The position numbers and the translations under genes were made by a program. A stretch of 63,885 bases of DNA, the filler included, from Circinaria calcarea (taxonomy: Eukaryota), in NCBI GenBank assembly GCA_051942165.1. It is 42 parts of 42 records of this genome, joined end to end, with 100 filler letters (N's around TTAATTAATTAA, not from the genome) between each part and the next. Parts side by side here need not be neighbours in the genome. Positions count along the whole stretch, not along the records: positions 24,562 to 25,989 come from JAVECS010004738.1; positions 26,090 to 27,517 come from JAVECS010004739.1; positions 27,618 to 29,044 come from JAVECS010004740.1; positions 29,145 to 30,571 come from JAVECS010004741.1; positions 30,672 to 32,097 come from JAVECS010004742.1; positions 32,198 to 33,622 come from JAVECS010004743.1; positions 33,723 to 35,144 come from JAVECS010004744.1; positions 35,245 to 36,664 come from JAVECS010004745.1; 34 more parts are not named here. One strand, written 5' to 3'. Positions 25,087 through 36,764 of the stretch are shown here, piece by piece. Each line of letters starts with the position of its first letter. Position 1 is the stretch's first letter. The notes under the pieces are model-generated. The model had not been told where the DNA came from. It worked only from the letters and a program-made list of their open reading frames with translations, and ran no database searches.

Positions 25087-26648
25087 AAAATGAAATCCTT
25101 TTGGAGAAGTGGATGAGAAGCGAATGTGTAGGATAGCTAGTAGAAGGAAGAGGTTGGCGCACTTGGCCCACAACAGGGGAGGGAGTTATTTACAAGGTGG
25201 TCCGACTGGATTTGTACAGTAGTTTGCACCGTAGTCAAAGCTCCACATCTCCCCGTCCTCCGAGCGCGGCCTTCCTCCTCTCCCCCCCCCTTTTCCATTA
25301 ACGGAAGTAGGGAAGCAGGATATTCCATATCTATCTTCGTCCTTTTGCCCCTCTTAATCCCTGTACTAAATAGATGTGATGCGTGCTGATGGGGAAATTA
25401 AATTAAAACCCCCCAGCCATGTAATGTAACCTATCGAATCTGAACTGATACAGAATCAGAGCAAAAATTTTCAATTTCATGTTTTTTTTTTTTTTTTTTT
25501 TTGAGAAAACTTTTGGACCTTTGGTTTTACACATTCATTACCAGTGCTTTTCTTTCTCCTTCCTTCTGGAACAAACCGCGTTGTAGACGTCCCTTTTGGC
25601 TGGCTGGCTGGATGAGTAGAGTAGAGTAGAGTAGAAGGAGAAGCTATTGAGCGTCTGAATCGTAGCAGCAGAACCGCCATGCGTAGAAGTAAAGCACGAA
25701 TGGAGCGATCGATGTGATGTGAGAATTTCCAGCGAAGCAAAGTTTTCGAACATTTTGGGTCGACTTTACAAAGCTAGCTTAGAGTTACAGTACAGTGGTT
25801 TTCCTTGAAGAACAAGGGAATAAACGCGTCTAGAGGCCTCTGCCGGATCAGGGAGTAGAGGTAACCAGCCATGTCGGACAGACCGCTGGGGGTAGAAAGC
25901 AACCGAGAAGAATTCCAGACCAAATCTCTCCAATCTCAAAAACCACGCCCGCCGCGTTTGGCAGTCACCTACTTGGGCGGGTACTTGTTNNNNNNNNNNN
26001 NNNNNNNNNNNNNNNNNNNNNNNNNNNNNNNNNTTAATTAATTAANNNNNNNNNNNNNNNNNNNNNNNNNNNNNNNNNNNNNNNNNNNNCATGCATGACG
26101 CTGCATCGCAAAAGACCGACTAAGATTTTGGGTGGTTACGGAAAGAGCGGCAGTACTAGATGAACTTGCTGAGCTGTCGTTGATCCCCAATCTCATCAAT
26201 CATCACCTAATCATGCCTACGCTACTAGCGAGGAAGGGCAATCTTACGCTGCCTTATCAACCAACATCTTTATCGCGACAACCCAAGAGAAATGAGACGG
26301 AATAGAATGTTTATGTCTCCAAGAATAAGATCGGAGGCAAAGGAGAAGGAGGGTTAGCCCCAGAAGACGGTCGAACAAATCGAACAAACGTGTCAAGCTA
26401 CGACGGCTTGGAGCTGTCAAGCTTGCATTACTAAGGGTGCATGAAATGTGAACCGAGGTGCCTGATGCACTGGGGCGGCACCGAATCTTTCAGCCCGGGG
26501 ATGCATCCCTCGGGAACAGGTATCTTGTCATCTAAAGCATGAAGCAGCGAACCATATATATTTCCCCGTTTACGCAGAGACACATCTCCCTGCTCTACAA
26601 AATCGATCAATTGCTCTTTTCTAAAGGAACCCGATAACCTAGCTCACC

Positions 26649-27517
26649 ATGTCTTCCAATTCCCACCAATTTCTGCGCCTTACAATAACACCCCGATTTG
26701 ATGAGCATGGCAGTGCATCAGCTTTCGTGGTTCTTATGGACATAGAATCTCCCTCACTCGAGACCGACACCCCCCTTCTCGAGCTTTTCACACAACTCGG
26801 CAATGTTCCAACACAAGGATATAACGGGGATGCAATCCAAGCCTCGGACACTTCCGGTACCCTTCCTCTTTATATTCAGGATATGGGCGCCGATGGAAAG
26901 CTCCGAAGATGGCTCCTTACCAGAGCTACCAAAGGCGACATTGCTGTGCGATATTGTGCTTTGCCTCGGATAGTCGACGAGAAGACTCCTCCAGGGCCGC
27001 GCATCGATTTACGGCTGGACCAAGGTGGCTTACAAGGAGGCGGATATAGTTTCATTCCAGTTCCACCTGAAAACAACCAGCCTGGCAAAATGTATAGATT
27101 GATTGTACAATGGGATCTTACCCAGGCACCAGCAGGGACTCGAGCCGTTTGGACATTTGGGGAAGGACCAGCCCCAGTAGAAAAGCTCGGGTCAGCTAGT
27201 CTCCTGAATAGATCTCAGTATATGGCTGGGCCTGTGAGAAGCTATCCCCCTGCCTCACAATTCCGAGCGAATGACTACTACGGTTTCTATTGGTTCGGAG
27301 ATCCACCAAATGTTATCACCAAGCTAGGGCAGGTAAACGAGAAGCTTTTCGAAAATATGTCCAAGTTCTTTCACGACACTCTCTCCCCTTCCAACCCGTA
27401 TCGTATCTTCGTACGTCGGGAGGACCCAAGCCGAGGATTTGGTGGATCCGCGTTCGCAAGGAGTTATGTACTTGTCTATGACTCTATCACCATAGCCGAT
27501 ATACGGAGCTGGGAAAT
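26649..27517 (+). CDS. Peptidase M61 (glycyl aminopeptidase)-like protein, 5' part
   Basis: PGPRIDLRLDQGGLQGGGYSF, VWTFGEGP, FGGSAFARSY. The HExxH motif would lie beyond the contig end. Confidence 0.6.
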
Positions 27518-27679
27518 NNNNNNNNNNNNNNNNNNNNNNNNNNNNNNNNNNNNNNNNNNNNTTAATTAATTAANNNNNNNNNNNNNNNNNNNNNNNNNNN
27601 NNNNNNNNNNNNNNNNNAACTTTTTCCTATTCTAGCTCCTTTAGAGCCAAATATAGCTCCTCTCTTAATTTAATAAACT

Positions 27680-27760
27680 TACGCCTCCCAAGGCTCCTAA
27701 GTGCCTGCAACTCCTAAGTGCCTGCACCTCCCAAGTGTCTGCCTCCCAAGTGCCTGCTTA
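27680..27760. repeat. Four copies of CTCCYAAGTGYCTGC; probable DNA-transposon subterminal repeats
   Basis: Seen directly, in a RIP-like AT-rich context. Confidence 0.55.
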
Positions 27761-28064
27761 TTATTAGGGTGAAGCCAATTCACGTATTAAGCAGGCCTAA
27801 AACCAAAGCTATTGGTGGGCTATGTAACCTAGAATAATATAAAGATGGAAGGTGTATGGGACACGCGAATATAAACAATCTAAACCCCGCTAGGCCTAAT
27901 ACGTCAGGTTATCGCTATATGTATTAAGTTCGAATATTATAGCCATAACATTTATAACGTTTGCGGCGTGCCTTGCCCCTAATTTGTAAGGCATTTTGAT
28001 TAATCCAGATTTCAGCAAATAGATTATAGAATTATAATTTAAATTTTTTTTTTCTATCGGCATT

Positions 28065-29044
28065 TTATAAAAGCTTTGTTTTCCTAAAATTCCTGTCGCT
28101 GAAATAAATCCCCTGTCCCCAAAATATTCCAACGGCCCACCTATCATGTCTATATCTACCACCCTCTCCTTCCGACCCCTCTCCCACCCCGTCCTGCAAA
28201 GTCCCCGCACTCCGCATATCAAATCTCCTACAGAGCTCGAGACAAAGCTTCTGCATCTCCATCATAGCGTAGTTCTTGCCAATACACTCTCTTCCACCGT
28301 ATCCCCACCACATCCCATACTTCTCCATAAGCGCAGATCGGGCAGGGTCCTCGAGCCAACGCTCCGGGCGAAAGGCAAAGGGATCGTCGCCAAAGATATG
28401 CACGTCACGATGGATAATGTAGGGCGACGCACCCATCTCGGTCCCTTCGGGCCTTCGGGGATGTAGGCACCATGGTACCAGAGTCCCCCCTTGGACACAA
28501 TGCGCGGAAGGATGGTTTGAGCTGGGGCGTCACGGCGCAGGGTTTCCATGATGCAGGCCATGAAGAACGGGAGCCGAGTTGTCTCTTCGTATGTCACTAC
28601 GGGCGAGGAGAGATTGCCACTCGCTTGAGCCTGATTTATCTCGCATTGAATACGGTGGAGAACATTTGGGTGCTCTGTTATATTATCGACGAAGGGGGAA
28701 ATAAAAGCTGCGACGCCGTCGAGGGTGGTAGTAGTAAAGGTAATGTATTTAGCTGCAAGGTCGTCAATGGTCATGTTATAGATGGCTCTGGCATCTAGGT
28801 ACATTAATAGTGCGAAAAAGGTCGCACGACGGGATATCTGAGGTTGCTCGTACAAGTGGCTAAGACTAGCTAGGAATTGCTAGGCTCTGTTAGGATGGGT
28901 ACAAATAACGATCTCAAAATTCGAAGAAATGTGCTCACTATATATAATTTTTCCAAGGCTTTAAATGTGCTGGTGTGCGACCATATATACTGTCGCATCA
29001 GCTTATTCTGAAGTAATGCTTATAGTGGCCAGTGTTCTCAATAC
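28065..29044 (-). pseudogene. Cytochrome P450, frameshifted and RIP-damaged
   Basis: ETLR in one frame; FRPERW and WGYGGRECIG in another. The shift coincides with the 8-bp tandem duplication CCTTCGGG at 28444-28459. Confidence 0.8.
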
Positions 29045-29144
29045 NNNNNNNNNNNNNNNNNNNNNNNNNNNNNNNNNNNNNNNNNNNNTTAATTAATTAA
29101 NNNNNNNNNNNNNNNNNNNNNNNNNNNNNNNNNNNNNNNNNNNN

Positions 29145-30571
29145 CCTGTTTCGGACTTTTGTAAATGCACAGATTGGCAGCAAGGACGAAAGATTAAAGA
29201 CGCAAGATGCACCATATATGCTAATTCTCTGGACGAGACAAGGCGAAAGTGAAATCTTTATCTCCCTCTGCAACCAGCGGAATACCTTGAACCTTTCCCG
29301 GATTTTCAGCTCTAACGATCTCGAGAACTACGAGCGAAAGGGCGAGAATTGCCTTGAGATTTCAGTAGAATTTCCTAGCCAGAGAGCCGAGATCCGGTTT
29401 TTGAGCGTAGAAGACAGCCGAGTTTTCTGCGCCCAGCCTAGGAGATACTTCAAAGCTATGACGGACCGTAACCCGCAGTGTGGAGAATACGCCATTTTCA
29501 ACACGGTACTGGAAACTTTTGAAGATAGCCAAGGTCCCCACGTTGTTTTCCCATCTTGCGGTTTAAGAGTCTATGAATCAATAAAAGACAAGCGTTTTAA
29601 AACCACTCGTCGACTGGTCATAAATAGTCCTGCAGCAGACACTTCGACAGCACCGTGGTTAGCCTCCCATTGGATACCATTGAGCAATATTCGACTTCAG
29701 ATCGACGATTCGTATGTCACCATGAGCTGGTCCGACTTGAAACAATGCGAGAAAATAAACCGAGGCAATTTTGACTATCACTGGTCCTACGTCTATAACT
29801 CGGAAAAGCCCAACAAGAAATTATTCATGCGGTTCTCAAGCGGATACGAAGCAGAGAGATTTGAGGAATGCATTTTCTTTCTTACCGAGGCCCAAGACCG
29901 TATCGAACGGCGATCGACAATCCGGACTCCGGCTAGATGCCAGGAGCTTCGAGTATATGACCTACAGGATGAAGTCGACAACGGTCGTTATCACGTTATA
30001 GCGCTCGCGAACCGATCTTCCCTTATGCACATATGCAAATTATATTTTAGTTAGTGCAGTCCTAGATAACTTACATCATCGACAAACGTGTCTGGCTAAA
30101 CTCCCCTTAGCATATCGAAATCTTGACTTTGTCCTGGAAAGGGAATCCATTCAATTTCCAGAGTTAAGTGTTCCTCATTACGTTACCAACATGCAGAGGA
30201 TGCCAGATTTGCCAACCGGAGACGGCCAAACTCCCGAGTTGGACGCTGTGAGACAAATTGACACAGCAACTACGCTCAAATTCAGTCATCTAGATGGTAT
30301 GAGATCTTCCCAGTCACAATTAAGAAAAGCTGACAATGCTGCCTATCAGAGATTGTACGTCTCATGAAAGACCTCACGGGTTGGGAGCACAAAGCGTACC
30401 TGTATGTTATCACTTCTTTCACTCCACTTTCTATCCTCGCCCCAGCGCTAAGTCGAGTCATCTAGAGAAGTTCACAAGTTCTGTGTGAGAACGCACTGCT
30501 TTGGCAAAAAAAGATATACAGAAGCAAGGGTTTACTTCTGGGAAAAAGCGGTAGAAGGTCAAGCTCCAAAA
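29145..30571 (+). CDS. Multi-exon fungal protein of unknown function, internal part
   Basis: 278-codon exon followed by several GT-AG introns with branch sites. Confidence 0.7.
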
Positions 30572-30671
30572 NNNNNNNNNNNNNNNNNNNNNNNNNNNNN
30601 NNNNNNNNNNNNNNNTTAATTAATTAANNNNNNNNNNNNNNNNNNNNNNNNNNNNNNNNNNNNNNNNNNNN

Positions 30672-30947
30672 CTTTTGGTGAACGAAATGAATCTTTAGGG
30701 GCTCAAATCCATCTGCCTGAATAGTGGTGCAGTAGTTTGGAAGTTTGTTGATTTTAGCTTCGATACTCTTCCAATTGAATCCATCTTTCCAGTATGCCGA
30801 AAGACGCTTCACGTCAGTTAATGGGGCTCCATAAGTCCAATCTGCTTCCTCTAGTTCATCGGGTAAGTTTATAAAAGAAAGCTTTTGAGCGAGACCCTCA
30901 AGCTTTGCTTCAGGAACAGATACTTCGTATGGCTCAATGGCAGACAT
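30672..30947 (-). CDS. Microsomal-type epoxide hydrolase, N-terminal EHN domain
   Basis: IEPYEVSVPE...WTYGAPL...YWKDGFNWKSIEAKINKLP...IHFVHQK. Confidence 0.92.
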
Positions 30948-31532
30948 GGCTCAGCTCAATGAACTGCTTGTAATAGATGTAAACTATTGAGAATTTTCTC
31001 GCTCTATAAAAGCTGGGCTAGGCAACAGGCACCACATGACGTGCGAGCCCAGGGGAGGGGTCTACAGCCAATCAAATCTCATGCCCTAGGCCCCCGCTGA
31101 TAACTCGTTGGATTTGTAATCCAGCGAGGCAGCAGGGGACTTGAGCACCCAATGTATTGATCAAGAAACCTGTAATGATTTGGGGTGAGCATGCTGTCTT
31201 GTCAGCGGATTTGAAGCTGGATTGAAGTTACATTAGAGATAGTGGATGTTTCTAGTGGAGACCAAAGTAGCTTAGCTGCCTGGATTTTAGGGCTACCTAG
31301 TACGCCTAGATATGACCTGACAGCCAAAGGTCCTCAACGGCTCACTTAGTCGGGGTTAAAACCACGTAGAAGAGCCTCAATGGTCGTCGCAGTGTGAAAG
31401 GACCTTGAGCAAGCCTCTTCTCTACTAATGCAATTGATGGTATACATTTTCTTACCGAATTGTCAGATCTGGAATGCTAAAGCTGTGATGGCTTTAAATG
31501 AAGCACACATCCCTTTTGCCTAAGAGATAACA

Positions 31533-32097
31533 ATGGCAGATCTCCCCTTTCCCACCCGTCAACTATACTACTCTGGCAAGCCTCAACCTGCCACCTCCTC
31601 CCATACGTTCCTTACCATTGACCCGTCCACCTCTCTCCCTCTCGCCCACGTCCAAACCGCGTCCCCCGCAGACATTGACTCCGCTGTGGAGTCTGCCAAA
31701 ATTGCATTTCCGTCTTGGTCTCGAACTCCTGCAATTGTCCGCTCTAGGATCTTACTCCGGGCTGTAAAATTGCTTCGAGAACGGAACGACGAGATTGCAA
31801 CAGTGGAAACACAGGATAGTGGGAAACCATTCTCCGAAACCTCGACCGTAGATGTGATTACGGGAGCAGATGTCTTGGAATACTACGCAAACTACGTAGC
31901 AAGTGGCGGGTTGAATGGAGAAACTGTACGCTTGAGGGAAGATGCTTGGGTGTATACTACGAATGATGCCCTTGGTGTTTGTGCCGGCATTGGAGCTTGG
32001 AATTACCCGCTACAAATAAGCCTTTGGAAATCTGCTCCATGCCTTGCAGCAGGTAATACGATGGTATACAAGCCCAGCGAGGTCACGCCTTTACATG
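31533..32097 (+). CDS. Aldehyde dehydrogenase (betaine-aldehyde dehydrogenase-like), 5' part
   Basis: ETSTVDVITGADVLEYYA, GIGAWNYPLQI, YKPSEVTP. Confidence 0.9.
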
Positions 32098-32640
32098 NNN
32101 NNNNNNNNNNNNNNNNNNNNNNNNNNNNNNNNNNNNNNNNNTTAATTAATTAANNNNNNNNNNNNNNNNNNNNNNNNNNNNNNNNNNNNNNNNNNNNAAA
32201 TACGGGAGTGTTCTTCTTTTCGTGTTCGTGTTCCGGGGGATGGGGGGGGTTTCTTTGGATTTCCTAAACGATTGTTGTTAATTAATTCCAAGAAAAACCC
32301 CCAATTGAAACGTGAAGCTTAGCTGCCTTGCTACAAGAAAAGCGGAATGCAATGCAAAGACGAGAAGCTATCAATCAATCAATCAATCAGCCTGGACGGC
32401 TATGCTATATCTCTACTTCCCTCGCTTTTCGTGGATATGGAACTGGGGAAGAGGTTAGGATCTCTTGCTCTTGCACGATGTGTTTGCGAGGCATACTAAA
32501 TTTAAAAATGGTATGGGTTCTGCATGCTGGCGAGGGACAAGACAGATGGTATGCCGAGTATTACAAGGATTACGAATGCCCGCCCCTCTTTTTAATGATA
32601 TACCGGACCAATAGAGAAAAGCACTCCGAAACCCGCCTTC

Positions 32641-33610
32641 TCAATGTACAATCTTCAACGAAAAATCCACATGCTTCACCCCCTGATGGATCGAACTCGT
32701 CGAAATGACATCCACATCCGTGCACGCAAACCCCTCCACATTCTCCTCCGTCAACCCGCCGCTCACCTCGATCAGAAACCGGCCCTGCCTGCCAAACCGC
32801 TCCTTCAACCTCTTCGCCACCACTTTGACCTCCTCCCCCCGGAAATTGTCCAACATGACGACATCGGCGCCCGCCTCGATGGCTTCGGCCGCTTCGACCT
32901 CGGACTGGCATTCAACTTCGACTTTGACGCTGAAGCCACCAACGGCTTGGGCGGCGTGCACGGCGCGAGTGATGCTGTTGGATGAGGCCCAGATGTGGTT
33001 GTCCTTGAGCATGGTCATGGTGGAGAGGTCGTGGCGGTGCGGGTCGCAGCCGCCGATGAGCATGCCGTATTTTTCGACCAGGCGGAAGCCCGGGGTGGTT
33101 TTTCGGGTGCCGGCAAGGGTGTTAGTGTAGGAGGCGCGGCGGAGGAGGTGGAGGAGGTGGGAGGATCTGTAAAGGGTATGGGGTTAGGTGTGTTATTTTT
33201 GTGGTTAGAAGGGGGTAAAAGACAGGAATGTGTGGGAAAGCGAAAAAGGTGTGGGGGTTATTATGAGGAAAGGAAAGCTAGTTCGAGGGACGAGAGCAAG
33301 TTTTGGGAAAACGAAATGAAGCACACAGGGGCTAACATTCGTCCTAGAGATCTTCGAGGTATTCTGCCAACTCAGTACATAATAGATGAAGTGATCTCGC
33401 GGTGTACTGGTTGTGTAATTGAAAAGAACGATCAGTGTTCTGTGGGGAAGCAAGGTCCCAGAAACTTACTTGGTAGCAATGCCAGAACATCGAGCAAGGG
33501 TATTGAGGGCCACTCGCTCACCCAGGAGGATGTTTCTCACCGGACCCCTGACTGTAGCGCAGTGCTTTATTGGAGTGAAGGTATCGCCTTCCTCAATATG
33601 CCATTCGACT
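32641..33610 (-). CDS. BNA6: Quinolinate phosphoribosyltransferase, 3' part (intron 33167-33469)
   Basis: [20 protein letters not shown]|...[44 protein letters not shown]. Confidence 0.96.
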
Positions 33611-33722
33611 CTGGCATGAACCNNNNNNNNNNNNNNNNNNNNNNNNNNNNNNNNNNNNNNNNNNNNTTAATTAATTAANNNNNNNNNNNNNNNNNNNNNN
33701 NNNNNNNNNNNNNNNNNNNNNN

Positions 33723-33857
33723 ATATATTATAATATTAATATTATAATATATTTATAATAAATTATTAAGAAAGTATAATATTTATAAATATATTTTAAG
33801 ATTTTAGATTTTTCGAATTGCGAATCGTTAATGAATGCGAATCGGTGGTCCGTACTG
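33723..33857. mobile_element. Possible RIP-degraded DNA transposon end (hAT-like)
   Basis: AT-rich degenerate sequence ends in GCGAATCG repeats and ...CGTACTG (CAGTA on the minus strand). Confidence 0.3.
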
Positions 33858-34062
33858 GTGCCGATTTCTGCAGCTTAAAATCTTGGCGGCGGCGTTTCGG
33901 GAAAAGCAGCCCAGCAATACAACTTATTATATTGAGCCGCATTGCAGCTCCCTCGTTCATGTTACTCTAACGTTATTTATTTACCTCTATTTCGCTATTT
34001 CTGCACATGAGAAGGATTTCCTGAAATACTAGTCGTTGCTAAATGCTCTTTACACCATTAGA

Positions 34063-34962
34063 ATGAGAAACCCACACCCCGAACCCCTCGTCATCCAACC
34101 CTCCGCTCAGCACACCCACACCATAATTCTTCTTCACGGCCGAGGAAGCAATGCTGAGCGATTTGCATTCGATAAGTCTACACCGGCTAAGCCTGGGATC
34201 CTCGAAAGCCGTGGCTCATCCGACCAGACGCTGCAGCAACTCTTCCCCGGCATGAAATTCATCTTCCCCACGGCATCGCTGCGCCGCAGCACAGCCCGCA
34301 AGCGAATGCTGATGAACATCTGGTTCGACAACTCGACCTTCGAAGATCCCTTTGCCCGCGAAGAGCTGCAAGTTGATGGTTTAGGCGAAAACATTACGGC
34401 CATTCACCGGATGATCTGGGCCGAAGCACATGCCCTTTCCTCGCTTCGTAAAGTGTTTCTCGGCGGTCTAAGCCAAGGATGTGCCATGGCGTTGCATGTG
34501 CTACTCGGTCTGACTACGGAAGAGCTGAATGTGGACGTAGGTCTGGGTGGGTTCGTGGGTATGAGCGGGTGGTTACCGTTTCAGAGCTCCCTAGAGGAAA
34601 TTGTCGCTCATTCGAGCCCAAGTAAGAGTGAAGAGAGCGACGATGATCCGTTCGCTTCGGAAAGCGAAGATCTGGGCGAGGAGGACGACGAGGATGTCAA
34701 GGTAGGACGGTTTATTAGAGAGGAGATCATTGGTGCTACAGCCCGCGAGAAAGGGGCCGTAGCGTTTCGCTCCACTCCTGTTTTCTTAGGACATGGCGAT
34801 CAGGATAACGTCGTCAGGCTGGAATACGGACAGAAAATCAGGCAGATATTGGAAGCCTTGGGCCTTGATGTTACTTGGCGGATATACGAGGGCCAGGGTC
34901 ATTGGTATAAGATACCTGATGAGATTGATCATGTTGCAGAGTTTTTAGCGAAACATCTCTAG
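34063..34962 (+). CDS. Phospholipase/carboxylesterase (acyl-protein thioesterase family), complete and intronless
   Basis: LLHGRGS, FLGGLSQG nucleophile, GHGDQD, YEGQGH. Confidence 0.92.
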   Translation: MRNPHPEPLVIQPSAQHTHTIILLHGRGSNAERFAFDKSTPAKPGILESRGSSDQTLQQLFPGMKFIFPTASLRRSTARKRMLMNIWFDNSTFEDPFAREELQVDGLGENITAIHRMIWAEAHALSSLRKVFLGGLSQGCAMALHVLLGLTTEELNVDVGLGGFVGMSGWLPFQSSLEEIVAHSSPSKSEESDDDPFASESEDLGEEDDEDVKVGRFIREEIIGATAREKGAVAFRSTPVFLGHGDQDNVVRLEYGQKIRQILEALGLDVTWRIYEGQGHWYKIPDEIDHVAEFLAKHL

Positions 34963-35409
34963 TGTTCAGCGTCCCCCGGATGGAACGAAATAGTAGAGGT
35001 TAGAGGAACGTAAATATAAAATAAAATAAAAAAATAGGGGGCGAAATAGAGAAGCGGTCTGCGGCAAATAAAGCGACGCAGGAAAAGGGGAACAAAATGC
35101 CCTAAAACGAAGAATAAATGGAAGGGATTTAATTTGGGCACGACNNNNNNNNNNNNNNNNNNNNNNNNNNNNNNNNNNNNNNNNNNNNTTAATTAATTAA
35201 NNNNNNNNNNNNNNNNNNNNNNNNNNNNNNNNNNNNNNNNNNNNACAGGGACTATGTTAAGTGAGTCTCTCAATTATTCAACACCCACCCCTTGAACGAG
35301 GCCTTAGCAAATACTTAATAATTATTCTATTAGAATTTTGTGCTAAAAACACACTTTTCTAGGTTCCTTAACTTAATCGCTATCGAAATCAGAGACGACC
35401 ATAACAGCA

Positions 35410-36078
35410 ATGGCTATGTTATATAACACGTTGCCGACGCTTGGAGACGCCGAAGAGCGCTTCACGGACCGTGAGCAGACATTCGCGGCCTGTAAGAGCC
35501 TCCTCGCCCAATATGGGAATATATTTGGTCTCTGCCTTATCCACGCACACTGCAAATTGACCGATGAGGAGATCATGCTCGGGTCGGGAAACATCTCGCA
35601 GCCGGAAAAGGCATCTGAGCTGACCAAGTCCTACTACCCGGAGCGCTAGCTGTCATCTGGAAAGGCGTACGAATTCACAACCCGGCGCACGACAACGCCG
35701 CCAGCGGCCCTCATCGACGCCTTCGATCAGCTCACGGCTTATATCGGAGTTCTTGATTTATACCACATCGTTAAGGAAGAAAATGAAACCAAACCAGTTA
35801 AGATGATCGAGCATACGGAGGGGCGCAAGAATATCCTTATGCCATACACGGATGTGGATCGGGCGCATGTAGCCACTTAGATAAAAACCGCATAGGATCT
35901 GGGCAGCTATGATCCTGTGACCATAGCGTGCAATAAAATCATTGTATACGACTCACGAACCACTCGAAGTGGTGGAACGCATAAGGGTATATATTATGAA
36001 ACCCATCTCTCGAAACATTATGTTGCTGACCACAAAATTAATCTAGGTACCCAATCTACGGTCCATCAAGCAAGTTGA
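35410..36078 (+). pseudogene. RIP-inactivated gene of unknown family
   Basis: The frame continues through TAG stops at 35647, 35878 and 35893, in contexts PER*LSSG and KTA*DLG (consistent with TGG/CAG>TAG). A terminal intron is still recognisable. Confidence 0.75.
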
Positions 36079-36309
36079 AACCTCATGGGTGATACGAGGC
36101 AGCTGACTGGGAAGTCGTAAATGCTAAGCTTAATCGTTCAACACGATAGCTATAATCACTGGTAATGATGATGGCTGGGGCATTCAACATGGTTTTTGTC
36201 TTTCGTTTTTCTCAAAGAATTTGTGCGCACTTCCGTAATTGCAATTCATCCTCAATCTATATCATCTAAGCATGATATTCTGATCACATTGCGAGCCTTG
36301 AATAAGCCA

Positions 36310-36664
36310 CTAGACCCCAATCCTGTCAACCATAATATATAACTCATCCACATTTGGTCTCTCCTCCGCGGAGATGCGGGTGCAAGAATCCACAACGATA
36401 TCCAGAGGAGGAGGAACATCCCATTCTACAAGATTAGTGATAGGAGTATTGCCGTAAATCATGCCCTTGATGACATAGCCCAGATCGTAGATATCTGATT
36501 TCTCAGTCCAGCCAGCCTCCAAGACGGGGTGGCGGGAGACCTCAGGAGCCAGTCGGTTCCCCCACCGACTCTCGAGATCACAGATGAGCAGGCGAGAATT
36601 GTCTGAAGAGAAGACGAGGTTATCGATGCGGAGATCGCGATGAACAATACCGAGGGAGTGAAGG
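36310..36664 (-). CDS. Atypical protein kinase, C-lobe
   Basis: LHSLGIVHRDLRIDN, ICDLE, LAPE, KSDIYDLG, EERP. Confidence 0.88.
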
Positions 36665-36764
36665 NNNNNNNNNNNNNNNNNNNNNNNNNNNNNNNNNNNN
36701 NNNNNNNNTTAATTAATTAANNNNNNNNNNNNNNNNNNNNNNNNNNNNNNNNNNNNNNNNNNNN

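Noticed and set aside
33167..33469. Stwintron interpretation of the BNA6 intron
   Set aside because: Excising either internal intron does not rebuild a canonical donor.
32995..33678. 227-aa plus-strand ORF
   Set aside because: Antisense shadow of BNA6.
26649..34962. Apparent metabolic gene cluster (peptidase, P450, epoxide hydrolase, ALDH, BNA6, esterase)
   Set aside because: The genes are on different contigs ordered only by length. Only the epoxide hydrolase and ALDH are truly adjacent.
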